Source: Gemmatimonadota bacterium (GTDB taxonomy: Bacteria; Gemmatimonadota; Gemmatimonadetes; Gemmatimonadales; GWC2-71-9). Taken from it: 64,000 nt of DNA. This document shows positions 28,405 through 38,990 of this stretch, one piece after another. The DNA is taken from NCBI GenBank assembly GCA_016713785.1, contig JADJOM010000002.1, forward strand, positions 461,393 through 525,392, in the 5' to 3' direction. Positions within the stretch are counted from its first letter, which is position 1, and each line of letters starts with the position of its first letter. Under the pieces are notes generated by a model. That model had not been told where the DNA came from. It was given only the letters and a program-made list of their open reading frames with translations, and made no database searches. A program made the position numbers and the translations under genes.

Positions 28405-29421
28405 ATGCACATCCTCGTGACCGGCGGCGCCGGTTTCATCGGCAGCCACACCACGGTCGAACTGCTCAAGGCCGGCCACGACGTGGTCCTGCTCGACAAC
28501 TTCAGCAACAGCAAGCCCGAGGCGCTCCGCCGCACCGAGGAGCTGGCGGGCCGGCCCTTCACCTTCCACCAGGTGGACCTGCTCGACGCCCCGGCCGTCG
28601 ACGAGGTCTTCCGCCGCCACCCGGTCGACGCGGTGATCCACTTCGCCGCCTTCAAGGCCGTCGGCGAGTCCGTGGCCCAGCCGCTTAAGTACTACCACAA
28701 CAACGTGAGCGGGACGATCGTGCTGTGTGAGGCGATGGTGCGGCACGGCGTGAAGACGATGGTCTTCTCCTCCTCCGCCACCGTCTACGGCGACCCCGCC
28801 GAGGTGCCCGTCACCGAGGAGATGCCGCTCTCCGCCGTGAATCCGTACGGCAACACCAAGCTCATCATGGAGCAGGTGTTCCGGGACCTCTACCGCGCCG
28901 ACCCCAGCTGGAACATCGCGCTGCTGCGGTACTTCAACCCGGTCGGCGCCCACCCCAGCGGCCGCATCGGCGAGGACCCCAACGGGATCCCCAACAATCT
29001 CTTTCCCTACATCACGCAGGTGGCGGTGGGGAAGCTGGCGGAGCTCCGGGTCTTCGGCGGCGACTACCCGACGCCCGACGGCACCGGGGTGCGCGACTAC
29101 ATCCACGTCGTGGACCTGGCCCGCGGCCACCTGCAGGCGCTCGAGGCGCTCAAGGGCCGGACCGGCTGCGTGGCGTACAACCTCGGCACCGGGCGCGGCC
29201 ACAGCGTGCTCGAGGCCATCGAGGCCTTCAAGCGCGCCAGCGGCCGGCCCATCCCCTACCGCATCGTGGAGCGCCGCCCCGGCGACGCCGCCACCAGCTT
29301 CTGCGACCCGTCCAAGGCGCTGCGTGAGCTGGGCTGGAAGACGACCCTCGACCTCGACGACATCTGCCGCGACGCCTGGCGCTGGCAGTCGCAGAACCCC
29401 GCCGGCTTCCCCGAGGGCTGA
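28405..29421 (+). CDS. galE: UDP-glucose 4-epimerase
   Basis: ATG 28405 gives MHILVTGGAGFIGSHT... It also has the catalytic YGNTK motif and a full-length GalE-like sequence (338 aa). Confidence 0.9.
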   Translation: MHILVTGGAGFIGSHTTVELLKAGHDVVLLDNFSNSKPEALRRTEELAGRPFTFHQVDLLDAPAVDEVFRRHPVDAVIHFAAFKAVGESVAQPLKYYHNNVSGTIVLCEAMVRHGVKTMVFSSSATVYGDPAEVPVTEEMPLSAVNPYGNTKLIMEQVFRDLYRADPSWNIALLRYFNPVGAHPSGRIGEDPNGIPNNLFPYITQVAVGKLAELRVFGGDYPTPDGTGVRDYIHVVDLARGHLQALEALKGRTGCVAYNLGTGRGHSVLEAIEAFKRASGRPIPYRIVERRPGDAATSFCDPSKALRELGWKTTLDLDDICRDAWRWQSQNPAGFPEG

Positions 29422-29436
29422 CCCCGGCTCGCGGGC

Positions 29437-31362
29437 CTACTCCCGCGGCCGCCACAGGAACCGGCGCGGCTCCCGGCGGAAGGCCTCCCGCAGCGCGGTG
29501 GCGAGCCGGCGGCGGTCGTCGGCGCTCAGGTCGCGGGCGCGGGCCGCAGTGCGCAGCGCCAGGGCAAACGACACCCCGAGGTTGCACGCGGCGATCAGCA
29601 GGATCGCGAGCCCGCCCCACGCCACGTCGGCCCAGTGGAAGGCCGCCGTCCCGTAGAGCGACACCGCCGCGAGCGTCAGCGACGCCGCCTGCAGCGTCAC
29701 GTGCCGCACCTCGAGCGGGATCCCCATGAACCGCGCGAACAGCACCGGCACGAAGCCCAGCAGCAGCCCCAGCGCCAGGTAGCCGACGATGCCGCTCAGG
29801 TGCTGCGCCGCCAGCCGCCCGAGCCGCGCCGCGCCGCCGGGGCCGAGGGCGGCCCGGAGCCCATGGTGCGCCGCCAGCGCCTCGGGGAGGCCGCGGTACG
29901 CGCTCCAGTTCGCGGCCCACCCCGCCGCGAGGCTCGCCAGCCACAGGAACCCGCCGGTGAGGATCGCGAAGGGAATGGTGAAGGACAGGAACGGGTGCAC
30001 GCCGTGCACCGAGTGCAGGGCGGTCTCCTCCGCGAGGACCGGCCCGCCGGTGAGCCAGCCGATCACGATCGCCACCAGCGCGGAGGCGGGGATGGTGGCA
30101 AAGACATTCCCGATCGTCGCCGCCACCTGCGAGCGGGTGATGCCCGCCACCAGGTCCACCTGGCGCTCCACGTCCTCCCGCGTGCCCAGCGCCGCCGCGA
30201 GCGCCGCGCCCGTCATCGCCGGCTGCTTCGAGGCCAGCGTGAAGTACGCGAACTGCATCACGATGAAGCTGGCGCTGTAGTTGAGCGCCGCCGCCAGCCC
30301 CTGCACCAGGGGCGCCAGCGGGGCCGCGGCCACCACGTACTTGAGCATCGCGGTGAGCGCGGTGATCGCCCCGCCGCCGGCCGCCGAACGCCCGGTGGCG
30401 TCCCACTCGGCCACGTCCCGCGCCACGTAGTGCTCGCCGGTCTCGGCGGTGTGCTCGGTGACCTTGAGCGCCAGCCGCTTGAGCGTCTGGTGCGCCAGGG
30501 AGCGCACCCCGCGCTGCCGGAAGCTGCCGCGCGCCAGCTCGTGGGCCAGCAGCCGGCCCTCCGCGTGGCCGGTGAGCACCAGCGTGAGCTCCTCCAGCCG
30601 GGCCAGCAGCGCCTCGAGCAGCTCCAGCCGGAACAGCACGTCGGTCGACACGCCCCGGACCTCGAGCGTCCGGTGGGCCGCGGCCAGGGCGGCCCCGCAC
30701 GCGGCGCGCGTCTCCTCGAGGGCGGCGGCCGCCGCGGTCCCGGGCGCGGCCACCAGCGCATCGACCTGCGTCGGCAGCCGGAGGAAGGGGGACGCGCCAT
30801 CCGCGGCGTCCGCATCCAGGCTCAGCAGCTCGCGGGTGAGCCCCAGCGCCGCCGCGCGATAGGCCAGCAGCCGCGCCGCATCACCGATCGCGGCATCCGG
30901 GATGGCCACCAGCGCGGCCCACGGCGCCACCAGGTCCGGCGGCAGCGACTCGAGCCACGCCGCGTCCTCCTCCCCGAGCCCCAGCCGGCTCAGCAGCACG
31001 AAGAGGTCGTCCGCGGGCTCCAGGCGCGGCACCAGGCGGTCCACCAGCCGCTCGAAGGTCTCCTTGATCAGCGTGCCATGCACCGGCAGCCCGGTCTCCG
31101 CCAGCAGCCGCACCGCGGAGCGATGGGACCACACCTCGCGCAGCTTGGCGCGCACCCGCTCCGCCCGCGGGTGTCCGTCGAGGGTCTCGGCAAGCAGTTG
31201 CAGTCGGCGGGTGCGCGGGACCTCGTTCCCCGTCGGCCGGGGCGAGGCCTCGAGCAGCCAGCGCAGCAGCGCCTCGAGGGTGGTGGTGCCCGGGTCGGCC
31301 AGGAAGGCGTCGAGCAGCCGGAGGGCGGCCTGGTTGGGCGGAAGGGGCGGCATGCCGGGCAA
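29437..31362 (-). CDS. PF10136-type membrane protein (family usually annotated as site-specific recombinase; function unproven)
   Basis: 641 aa. A long helical N-terminal half and a C-terminal half with about six TM helices. The overall architecture and N-terminal pattern match my memory of the SpecificRecomb family. No search was run. Confidence 0.45.
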   Translation of the reverse strand: MPGMPPLPPNQAALRLLDAFLADPGTTTLEALLRWLLEASPRPTGNEVPRTRRLQLLAETLDGHPRAERVRAKLREVWSHRSAVRLLAETGLPVHGTLIKETFERLVDRLVPRLEPADDLFVLLSRLGLGEEDAAWLESLPPDLVAPWAALVAIPDAAIGDAARLLAYRAAALGLTRELLSLDADAADGASPFLRLPTQVDALVAAPGTAAAAALEETRAACGAALAAAHRTLEVRGVSTDVLFRLELLEALLARLEELTLVLTGHAEGRLLAHELARGSFRQRGVRSLAHQTLKRLALKVTEHTAETGEHYVARDVAEWDATGRSAAGGGAITALTAMLKYVVAAAPLAPLVQGLAAALNYSASFIVMQFAYFTLASKQPAMTGAALAAALGTREDVERQVDLVAGITRSQVAATIGNVFATIPASALVAIVIGWLTGGPVLAEETALHSVHGVHPFLSFTIPFAILTGGFLWLASLAAGWAANWSAYRGLPEALAAHHGLRAALGPGGAARLGRLAAQHLSGIVGYLALGLLLGFVPVLFARFMGIPLEVRHVTLQAASLTLAAVSLYGTAAFHWADVAWGGLAILLIAACNLGVSFALALRTAARARDLSADDRRRLATALREAFRREPRRFLWRPRE

Positions 31363-31392
31363 CTTAGCCGCCCCGGGCGCGCCGGGAAGCTG

Positions 31393-32472
31393 CTACGGGT
31401 ACTGCCCCTTGAGGGCGGGCGCCGCCGTGAGCCGCGCGGTGAACACCGCGGCCAGCGGCGCGTTGTCCTGCACCCGCATGTTGGTGTCGTGCGCGGGATC
31501 GTCGTCGTTGGGCCAGCCCTCGTTCCACCACGAGAACCCGATCACTGCCGGCCACCGCCCGCCGAGCAGGTCGGCCAGGGCGCTGTCGGCCCAGGCGGCC
31601 TGGCTGCCGAGCGGGTTGTCCCGGGTCACGCCGAACTCCGCCACGATCACCGGCTTGGCCGGCGCCAGCGCCACCAGGCGCGCGTAGGTCGCGTCCATGC
31701 CGTCGCGGAAGCGCGGCCACTCGCCGTCCTGCGGGGTCTGCGCGCCGTAGACGCTGACTGCGAGCCAGGTGACGTACGCATCGCCGGGGTAGTACGCCTC
31801 GAACCGGTTCCACGCCGCGGCGGGATAGTCGCCATCGTTCACGTGGAACACCCACCCCACGTTGCGGGCCCCCTCCTCCCGCGCCAGGTCGATGATGTGC
31901 CGATACGCGTCGCGGAACCGCTCCGGGCCATCCGGCGCCGTGGGGTCGCCGTAGCCGGTGAGGGTGCCGCCGCCGAACCACTTCCCGTTCCAGCCGAACC
32001 ACTCGCCGTTCATCTCGGTGCCGTACTCGGCCAGGATGGGCGTGCCAGCCGTGCGCGCCGCGCGGGCCCAGCGGCGGAGGTCCGCGTCGAAGTCGCCCGC
32101 GATGATCCGGTCGGGGGTGAACAGCGGCTCGGCCAGGTCCTGCTCCGTGCTGCTCCGCAGCATCAGGCGGATGTACGGGACCTTGCCCTGACCCGCGATC
32201 CACGCCACCTCCGCCCCGGGAAAGGCGCGACCCTCGCCCCACTCGTGCGAGAAGTACACCCACGCCGCCGGCAGGCCCGCCGCCCCTTCGTACTCGGCCA
32301 GGCGCGCGGGGGTGATGGTGTTCTCCAGCCCGCTGGTGTCGCCGGGAAAGACGCCGTGGTAGCGGGCGCCGGCGGCGGGCGCGGGGAAGGAGTCGGCGGG
32401 TGGGAGGGGCGGCGTCTCACGGGTCGAGTCACAGGCGACCACGCAGGCGCACAGCAGCAGGAGGTGTCGCAT
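31393..32472 (-). CDS. glycoside hydrolase family 26-like lipoprotein
   Basis: Start at ATG 32472 with lipobox CVVAC. Motifs EYGTEMNGEWFGWNG and VIVAEFG resemble the GH26 (mannanase-fold) catalytic strands. The upstream 376 aa of the 735-aa ORF is antisense to the DPP-IV gene and was rejected. Confidence 0.55.
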   Translation of the reverse strand: MRHLLLLCACVVACDSTRETPPLPPADSFPAPAAGARYHGVFPGDTSGLENTITPARLAEYEGAAGLPAAWVYFSHEWGEGRAFPGAEVAWIAGQGKVPYIRLMLRSSTEQDLAEPLFTPDRIIAGDFDADLRRWARAARTAGTPILAEYGTEMNGEWFGWNGKWFGGGTLTGYGDPTAPDGPERFRDAYRHIIDLAREEGARNVGWVFHVNDGDYPAAAWNRFEAYYPGDAYVTWLAVSVYGAQTPQDGEWPRFRDGMDATYARLVALAPAKPVIVAEFGVTRDNPLGSQAAWADSALADLLGGRWPAVIGFSWWNEGWPNDDDPAHDTNMRVQDNAPLAAVFTARLTAAPALKGQYP

Positions 32473-32540
32473 GCGCCCCAATGTGGCACCGGTGGCGGGG
32501 GGCGCCGGGTGACGCCCCTCACCCCGGGCCCGGGCGGGGC

Positions 32541-34787
32541 TCAGCGCCCGCCCGCCGGCAGGTACTTCACCAGGTACTCCGTCAGGCGGCTGAACAGGTG
32601 CAGCGTCGTCCCCTCGCCCTCGAAGATGCCGTGAGTGCGGTTGGGGTAGGAGAGCAGCTTGAACTGCTTGTTGGCCGCCACCAGCGCGTTGATCAGCCGT
32701 TCGGTGCCCTGGTAGTGCACGTTGTCGTCGCCGGTCCCGTGCACCACCAGCAGGTTGCCGCGCAGCCGGTCGGCGAAGGTCACCGGCGAGGACAGGCGGT
32801 AGTCCTCCGCGTTGGGGCCCGGCAGCCCCATGTACCGCTCCTGGTAGATCGTGTCGTAGAGGTGGACGTCGGGCACGGGCGCCACCGACATGCCGGTGCG
32901 GTACACCTCCGGGAAGCGGAACAGCAGGTTGAGCGTCATCGACCCGCCGCCGCTCCAGCCCCAGACCCCGAGCCGGGTGCTGTCCACCCACGGCCAGCGC
33001 CCGATGGCGCGCGCCGCCCCCGCCTGGTCCTCCGAGGCGTAGACCCCGATCTTCCGGTAGATCGCCTTGCGCCAGTCGCGCCCGCGCAGCGACGGGGTGC
33101 CGCGGTTGTCCATCGTGATCACCGCGTAGCCCATCTGGGTGAGCATGAGGTGCCAGGGGTCCATCGCGTTCCAGCGGTCCACCGCCGTCTGCGCCGCCGG
33201 CTCGCCGTAGACCATGAAGAGCACCGGGTACTGCTTCGTCGAGTCGAAGTCCGCCGGGTACATCACCAGCGCGTCGAGCCACACGCCATTGCCGGCGTCC
33301 ACCCGGGTAAAGCGGGCCGGGCCCCGGCGCAGCAGCCCCATCCGGTGCCGCAGCTCGGCGTTGTCGGCCAGGGTGCGGATCAGCGCGTGGCCGGGGAGCC
33401 GCACCAGCTCGGTGCGGGGCGGCGTGTCGATGTTGGAGAAGGTGTGGATGGCGTACTTCGCGCCCGGCGCCAGGTTGTAGCCGTGGGTGCCGAACTGGCC
33501 CATCGGCGAGAGCCGCTCCTGGGTGCCGCGGCCGTCGAGGGGGGAGCGGTAGAGGTAGCGCTGGGTCGGGTTCTCCGGGCTCGCGGTGTAGTAGATCCAC
33601 CCGCCCTTGACGTCCACCTGCACCACGTCGGCGATGTCGAACGCCCCGGGCGTGAGCAGCGTCTGCCGGGTGCCATCACGGCTGATGGTCCAGGCGTGCC
33701 GCCAGCCATCCCGCTCGCTGATCCACACGAAGCGCGCCCCGCCGTCCAGCCAGTCCCAGTCATCCACCACGTCCACCCAGGCGCTGTCCCGGTCCGTGAA
33801 CACCGGCCGGCTCCGCCCCGTCTTCCGGTCGGCCAGGAAGACCGTGAGCGTGTTCTGCAGCCGGTTGAGGTGCTGGAAGGCGATCTCGTCCGAGGTCCCC
33901 GCCCACTCCATCCGCGCCACGTAGATGTCGCGCGGGCTGCCCGGCACCTGGATCCAGCGGGTGGGACCGCCCGCGGCCGGCACCACGCCGATGCGCACCG
34001 CGGAGTTGGTGCTGCCCGCCTTGGGGTACTGCACCGGCACGGTGAAGGAGTAGAGGCTGTCGGTGGTGTTGAGCAGCAGGAAGTCGCGCACCCCGGACGC
34101 GTCGAGCTGCCAGTAGGCGATCGCCTGCCCGTCGGGACTCCAGCGGAAGCCGTCGCGGGCGCTGAACTCCTCCTCGTACACCCAGTCGAAGGTGCCGTTG
34201 ATGAGCGTCCGTGAGCCATCCCGGGTGAGGGGGATGATCCGGCCGTCGCTCACCCGCTCCACGTACAGGTTGTTCTCCCGCACGTACGCCACCCGGTCGC
34301 CCTGCGGGGCGAACTTGGCGAACATCAGCGTCTGCGGCTTCGCCGCCTCGCCGCCCAGCTTCCGGAGCTGGCCGCTGTCGAGGTCGAGCACCCAGTAGTC
34401 GCCGCGGGTGTTGAGCCGCCAGACCCGCGCCGTATTGGTGAACAGCAGCACCTTCCGGCCGTCGTCCGAGAACCGGTAGCTCGCCGCCCGGAGCGGCACC
34501 GAATCGCCCGCGGGCACCAGCTGCTCGCTGCGCACCAGCACCGTCTTCTCGCCGGTCTCCGGGTTCACCCGCACCAGGTCCGGCCCCTTGGTGCCCGGGC
34601 GGCGGTCCGACGAGAAGTAGGCCTCGCCGTCGGGGGTCCACCGGGTGGGCGGCGCAAACTGGCCGGAGAAGAACGGCGACTCGAACACCCGTTCCAGGGT
34701 GATGGTCGAGGAGTCCGGCGCCTGGGCCGCCAGCGGCAGCGGGGCGAGGACCAGGAGGACGGGCAGCAGCCGGCGCAGCATGGGCAT
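32541..34787 (-). CDS. dipeptidyl peptidase IV family serine peptidase (S9B)
   Basis: 748 aa with a signal peptide and a DPP-IV N-terminal propeller (WSPDGQAIAYWQLD). C-terminal catalytic region has GWSGGG (nucleophile Ser), then D and H motifs (HGTGDDNVH). Confidence 0.9.
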   Translation of the reverse strand: MPMLRRLLPVLLVLAPLPLAAQAPDSSTITLERVFESPFFSGQFAPPTRWTPDGEAYFSSDRRPGTKGPDLVRVNPETGEKTVLVRSEQLVPAGDSVPLRAASYRFSDDGRKVLLFTNTARVWRLNTRGDYWVLDLDSGQLRKLGGEAAKPQTLMFAKFAPQGDRVAYVRENNLYVERVSDGRIIPLTRDGSRTLINGTFDWVYEEEFSARDGFRWSPDGQAIAYWQLDASGVRDFLLLNTTDSLYSFTVPVQYPKAGSTNSAVRIGVVPAAGGPTRWIQVPGSPRDIYVARMEWAGTSDEIAFQHLNRLQNTLTVFLADRKTGRSRPVFTDRDSAWVDVVDDWDWLDGGARFVWISERDGWRHAWTISRDGTRQTLLTPGAFDIADVVQVDVKGGWIYYTASPENPTQRYLYRSPLDGRGTQERLSPMGQFGTHGYNLAPGAKYAIHTFSNIDTPPRTELVRLPGHALIRTLADNAELRHRMGLLRRGPARFTRVDAGNGVWLDALVMYPADFDSTKQYPVLFMVYGEPAAQTAVDRWNAMDPWHLMLTQMGYAVITMDNRGTPSLRGRDWRKAIYRKIGVYASEDQAGAARAIGRWPWVDSTRLGVWGWSGGGSMTLNLLFRFPEVYRTGMSVAPVPDVHLYDTIYQERYMGLPGPNAEDYRLSSPVTFADRLRGNLLVVHGTGDDNVHYQGTERLINALVAANKQFKLLSYPNRTHGIFEGEGTTLHLFSRLTEYLVKYLPAGGR

Positions 34788-34833
34788 GGAGAGATCGGGA
34801 AGCGGGGGACAGGACCGGGCCGTGGGCCCTCAA

Positions 34834-34876
34834 CGAAACCGCCCGACCGGACGCCTGTCCAGTCGGGCGGGTTTCG
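34834..34876 (-). terminator. putative rho-independent terminator
   Basis: Extended hairpin CGAAACCGCCCGAC...GTCGGGCGGGTTTCG. On the minus strand the stem is followed by TTTCGTT. It lies 16 nt downstream of the stop at 34892. Confidence 0.55.
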
Positions 34877-34891
34877 CGGGGCGGGCGGCGC

Positions 34892-35215
34892 TCAGGCCAT
34901 GGCCAGCCGGAGCGGCGGGGGCGGACCGTCCCCGGCGGCGGGTGGCCGGCGCCGGGCGCCCGCCACCAGCCGGAGCACCAGCACCTCGCCCAGGGCGGGC
35001 CAGACCACCCCGGTGCCTGCCCCGAAGCGGCGCCATTCCGCGCGTTCCCCCACGCTGGCGTCGGCCAATGGAGCGGACCAGGCCGTCGGCACCCGCAGCC
35101 GCCGGCCGTCGCGCAACTCGAGGACGATCCACTCCGGGCCCACCAGCACCGCCCGGAGCCGCGGCCTGCGCCGTGCCCCGTCCTGCCACACCGGACCCAC
35201 CGAGACCATGAGCAT
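34892..35215 (-). CDS. hypothetical protein, DUF2442-like
   Basis: 107-aa ORF. The pattern IVLELRDGRRLRVP...W...GTGVVWPALGEVL resembles DUF2442. The C-terminus is low-complexity, so the call is weak. Confidence 0.35.
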   Translation of the reverse strand: MLMVSVGPVWQDGARRRPRLRAVLVGPEWIVLELRDGRRLRVPTAWSAPLADASVGERAEWRRFGAGTGVVWPALGEVLVLRLVAGARRRPPAAGDGPPPPLRLAMA

Positions 35216-35307
35216 CGGGTGTACGCTACCACCGCCCCGTCAACCACCCGTCAACTCCGGTGCCGGCATGCGGTTAGGCAGGCGGACCCCGGTCCCGGAA
35301 GGCAGCA

Positions 35308-35333
35308 CGGGGTGGGCCGCATGGCCCACCCCG
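35308..35333 (-). terminator. hairpin downstream of ahcY
   Basis: CGGGGTGGGCC-gcat-GGCCCACCCCG, a perfect 11-bp stem 29 nt after the ahcY stop. The U-tract is poor. Confidence 0.45.
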
Positions 35334-35361
35334 TCCGCCCGCCCTCCGGCCCAGGAGCGGC

Positions 35362-36880
<1,519 letters not shown>

Positions 36881-36933
36881 GCTCGGTTCCTTTCGTTGCC
36901 TGCCTGATGGTGGGACGCGGTCCCGCCGCGCCC

Positions 36934-37869
36934 CTACGCCTTGCTGCCGACCGCCGTGAAGACCATCGGACCCCGCGCGCCCGGATCGAGCGGCACGGGG
37001 CGATAACACCGGAGGGTGAGACCCGCCTGCGCCAGCCACTCCGCCAGCTGCCCCTCGCCCACCCCCTGCCACAGGTGGCCTAGCGTCTGCCGGTACTCCG
37101 CCCGCTCATGGGGCATCAGGTCCGTGAGCAGCAGCCGCCCGCCGCTCCGGAGCGCCCGCGCCGCCTCGCGCAGCGCCAGCGCCGGCTCGGCCAGGTAGGG
37201 CAGGACCATCACCATGCACGCCACGTCCGCGGTGCCGTCCGCGATGGGGAGCGTCTCGAGGTCGCCCCGGCGGATCTCCACGTTGGGCAGCTCGCCCAGC
37301 CGGGCCCGGGCCGCGCGCAGCATCGCCGCCGAGCCATCCACCGCGATCACCTGCCGGACGAAGGGCGCCACCGCCTGGGTCAGGTGCCCGGTGCCGCAGC
37401 CCAGGTCGGCCACCACGGAGGCCGGGTCGAGCAGGCCGAGCAGCGGCAGCAGCTCGGTGCGGCCGCCGAAGAGCTCGCTGCGCATTCGGTCCCACTGCCC
37501 CGCGGCGGTGGCAAAGAACTCCTCCGACCGCGCCCGCCGCTCCGCCAGCACCCCGCGCAGCCGCTCGGCGTCGCGCAGCGCCGCCGGCGCGGACTCCACC
37601 TGGTCCCGCACCAGCTGCCACAGCTTGCGCGCCGCCGGCTCGAGGTCGGTGACCGGCATCCGGTACAGTCGGCTCGCGCCGTCGGCCCGGGAAAGGACCC
37701 ACCCATCGTCGGCCAGCACCTTGAGGTGCCGGCTCACCGTGCTCTGCGGCAGCTGTAGCGCCTCGCAGAGCTCCGACACCGTCAGCTCGTGCCGCTCCAG
37801 GACGAGGAGCAGCCGGTTGCGGGTAGTATCGGCCAAGGCCTGCAGCCGGGTGACGATGGTGGCGCCCAC
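36934..37869 (-). CDS. sahR: ArsR-type HTH fused to a class I SAM-methyltransferase-like domain (SahR-like regulator)
   Basis: 311 aa. The N-terminus ([41 protein letters not shown]) is an ArsR HTH. The C-terminus has MTase motif I (VADLGCGTG). It sits directly upstream of, and co-oriented with, ahcY. Confidence 0.7.
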   Translation of the reverse strand: MGATIVTRLQALADTTRNRLLLVLERHELTVSELCEALQLPQSTVSRHLKVLADDGWVLSRADGASRLYRMPVTDLEPAARKLWQLVRDQVESAPAALRDAERLRGVLAERRARSEEFFATAAGQWDRMRSELFGGRTELLPLLGLLDPASVVADLGCGTGHLTQAVAPFVRQVIAVDGSAAMLRAARARLGELPNVEIRRGDLETLPIADGTADVACMVMVLPYLAEPALALREAARALRSGGRLLLTDLMPHERAEYRQTLGHLWQGVGEGQLAEWLAQAGLTLRCYRPVPLDPGARGPMVFTAVGSKA

Positions 37870-37890
37870 GGAGCTCCTTGAAGCATCCTG

Positions 37891-37902
37891 TTATCCGGAT
37901 AA
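37891..37902. promoter_or_regulatory. perfect 12-bp palindrome TTATCCGGATAA, candidate autoregulatory operator
   Basis: Located 22 nt upstream of the sahR-like start codon, in a locally AT-richer stretch. Confidence 0.35.
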
Positions 37903-37972
37903 TCAAATGTCTCGGCGGTCCCTTGTCAACGTCCGACCCCCCACGGGAGCCCGGGCGGAATCCGCCAGGGTC

Positions 37973-38001
37973 TTGATTTAGTGTTGCTAAGACACTATTA
38001 T
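37973..38001 (+). promoter_or_regulatory. sigma70-like promoter candidate TTGATT-N17-TATTAT
   Basis: Read directly from the sequence. It lies about 33 nt upstream of ATG 38034, which has a GGAGGAG RBS. This is the only strongly AT-rich patch in the intergenic region. Confidence 0.4.
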
Positions 38002-38019
38002 GGTGTCCCATAAACACTA
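37979..38019. promoter_or_regulatory. two tandem 19-bp palindromes, TAGTGT-N7-ACACTA and TGGTGT-N7-ACACTA (candidate NrtR operators)
   Basis: Site 1 is 37979..37997 and site 2 is 38001..38019, with centres 22 bp apart. They overlap the -10 element and the probable transcription start. The core matches the GT-N7-AC signature reported for the NrtR family. Confidence 0.5.
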
Positions 38020-38033
38020 ATTCGGAGGAGACC

Positions 38034-38990
38034 ATGCTCGGGTACCTCAAGGCCGCTCCCACCACCTATGTACTCCACTACAGCGGGGGCCGGCTCCGCC
38101 GGGAAGGGCCCGGGCTGGCCTTCGCGTACCTCCTCCCCACCTCCACCATCGTCTCGGTGCCGCTCGCCAGCGCCGACCTGCCCTTCGCCTTCGCGGAGGT
38201 CACGGCGGACTTCCAGCAGGTCACCGTCCAGGGCCGGCTCACCTACCGGGTGGCGCGGCCCACGCAGCTGGCCGGGTTGCTGGACTACTCCATCCACCCC
38301 AACGGCGCCTACCGGAGCGACGATCCCGAGAAGCTCGGTGAACGGCTGGTGCAGGCGGCCCAGACCTTTGCCCGGGAGCAGCTGGAGGGCGCCTCCCTCC
38401 GGGAGGCGCTCGGGGCGGTGGACCGGCTGGGCACCCACGTGCTGGCCGGGCTCCGGACCGCCGACATCGTGGCCAGCCTGGGCGTCGAGATCCTCGACCT
38501 GGCCGTGACCTCCATCCGGCCCACGCCGGAGATGGCGCGGGCCCTCGAGGCGGAGGCGCGCGAGGCGCTGCAGCGGGAATCCGACCTCGCCATCTACACC
38601 CGCCGCAACGCGGCCGTGGAGCAGGAGCGGCTCATCAAGGAGAACGAGCTGAGCACCGAGAACGCCGTGGTCGAGAAGCAGCGGCAGATCCGCGAGACCC
38701 GCATGGCCGCCGACGTGGCGCTGGAGCAGCAGCGGGCCGAACTGATCGAACGCCGCGCCGCGAACGAGCGGAAGGACGCCGACACCAGGGCCTACGCCCT
38801 GACCGCCACGCTCGAACCGCTGCGCCAGACCGACTGGCGGACCCTGATGGCGGTGAACGCCAGCAGCGGCGATCCGCGGGCCATGCTCGCCCTGGCGTTC
38901 CGGGAGCTGGCGGAGAATGCCGGCAAGATCGGGCAGCTCAACGTGACGCCGGACCTGCTCAGCTCGCTGCTGGGACCGGAGCGCAAGTGA
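38034..38990 (+). CDS. SPFH/Band 7 domain protein without an N-terminal TM anchor
   Basis: 318 aa. SPFH core (GLAFAYLLPTSTIVSVPL..., ILDLAVTSIRPTPEMARALE) followed by a coiled-coil region rich in E/R/Q. Confidence 0.8.
   Translation: MLGYLKAAPTTYVLHYSGGRLRREGPGLAFAYLLPTSTIVSVPLASADLPFAFAEVTADFQQVTVQGRLTYRVARPTQLAGLLDYSIHPNGAYRSDDPEKLGERLVQAAQTFAREQLEGASLREALGAVDRLGTHVLAGLRTADIVASLGVEILDLAVTSIRPTPEMARALEAEAREALQRESDLAIYTRRNAAVEQERLIKENELSTENAVVEKQRQIRETRMAADVALEQQRAELIERRAANERKDADTRAYALTATLEPLRQTDWRTLMAVNASSGDPRAMLALAFRELAENAGKIGQLNVTPDLLSSLLGPERK

Noticed and set aside
29437-31362. A mobile element or genomic island around the so-called recombinase-family gene.
   Set aside because: There is no integrase or transposase catalytic motif, no flanking direct or inverted repeats, no tRNA and no compositional shift.
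36881-36933. An SAH riboswitch upstream of ahcY.
   Set aside because: The gap is only 53 nt, with one tiny hairpin. That is too short for the SAH riboswitch fold. Regulation by the adjacent SahR-like protein is more plausible.
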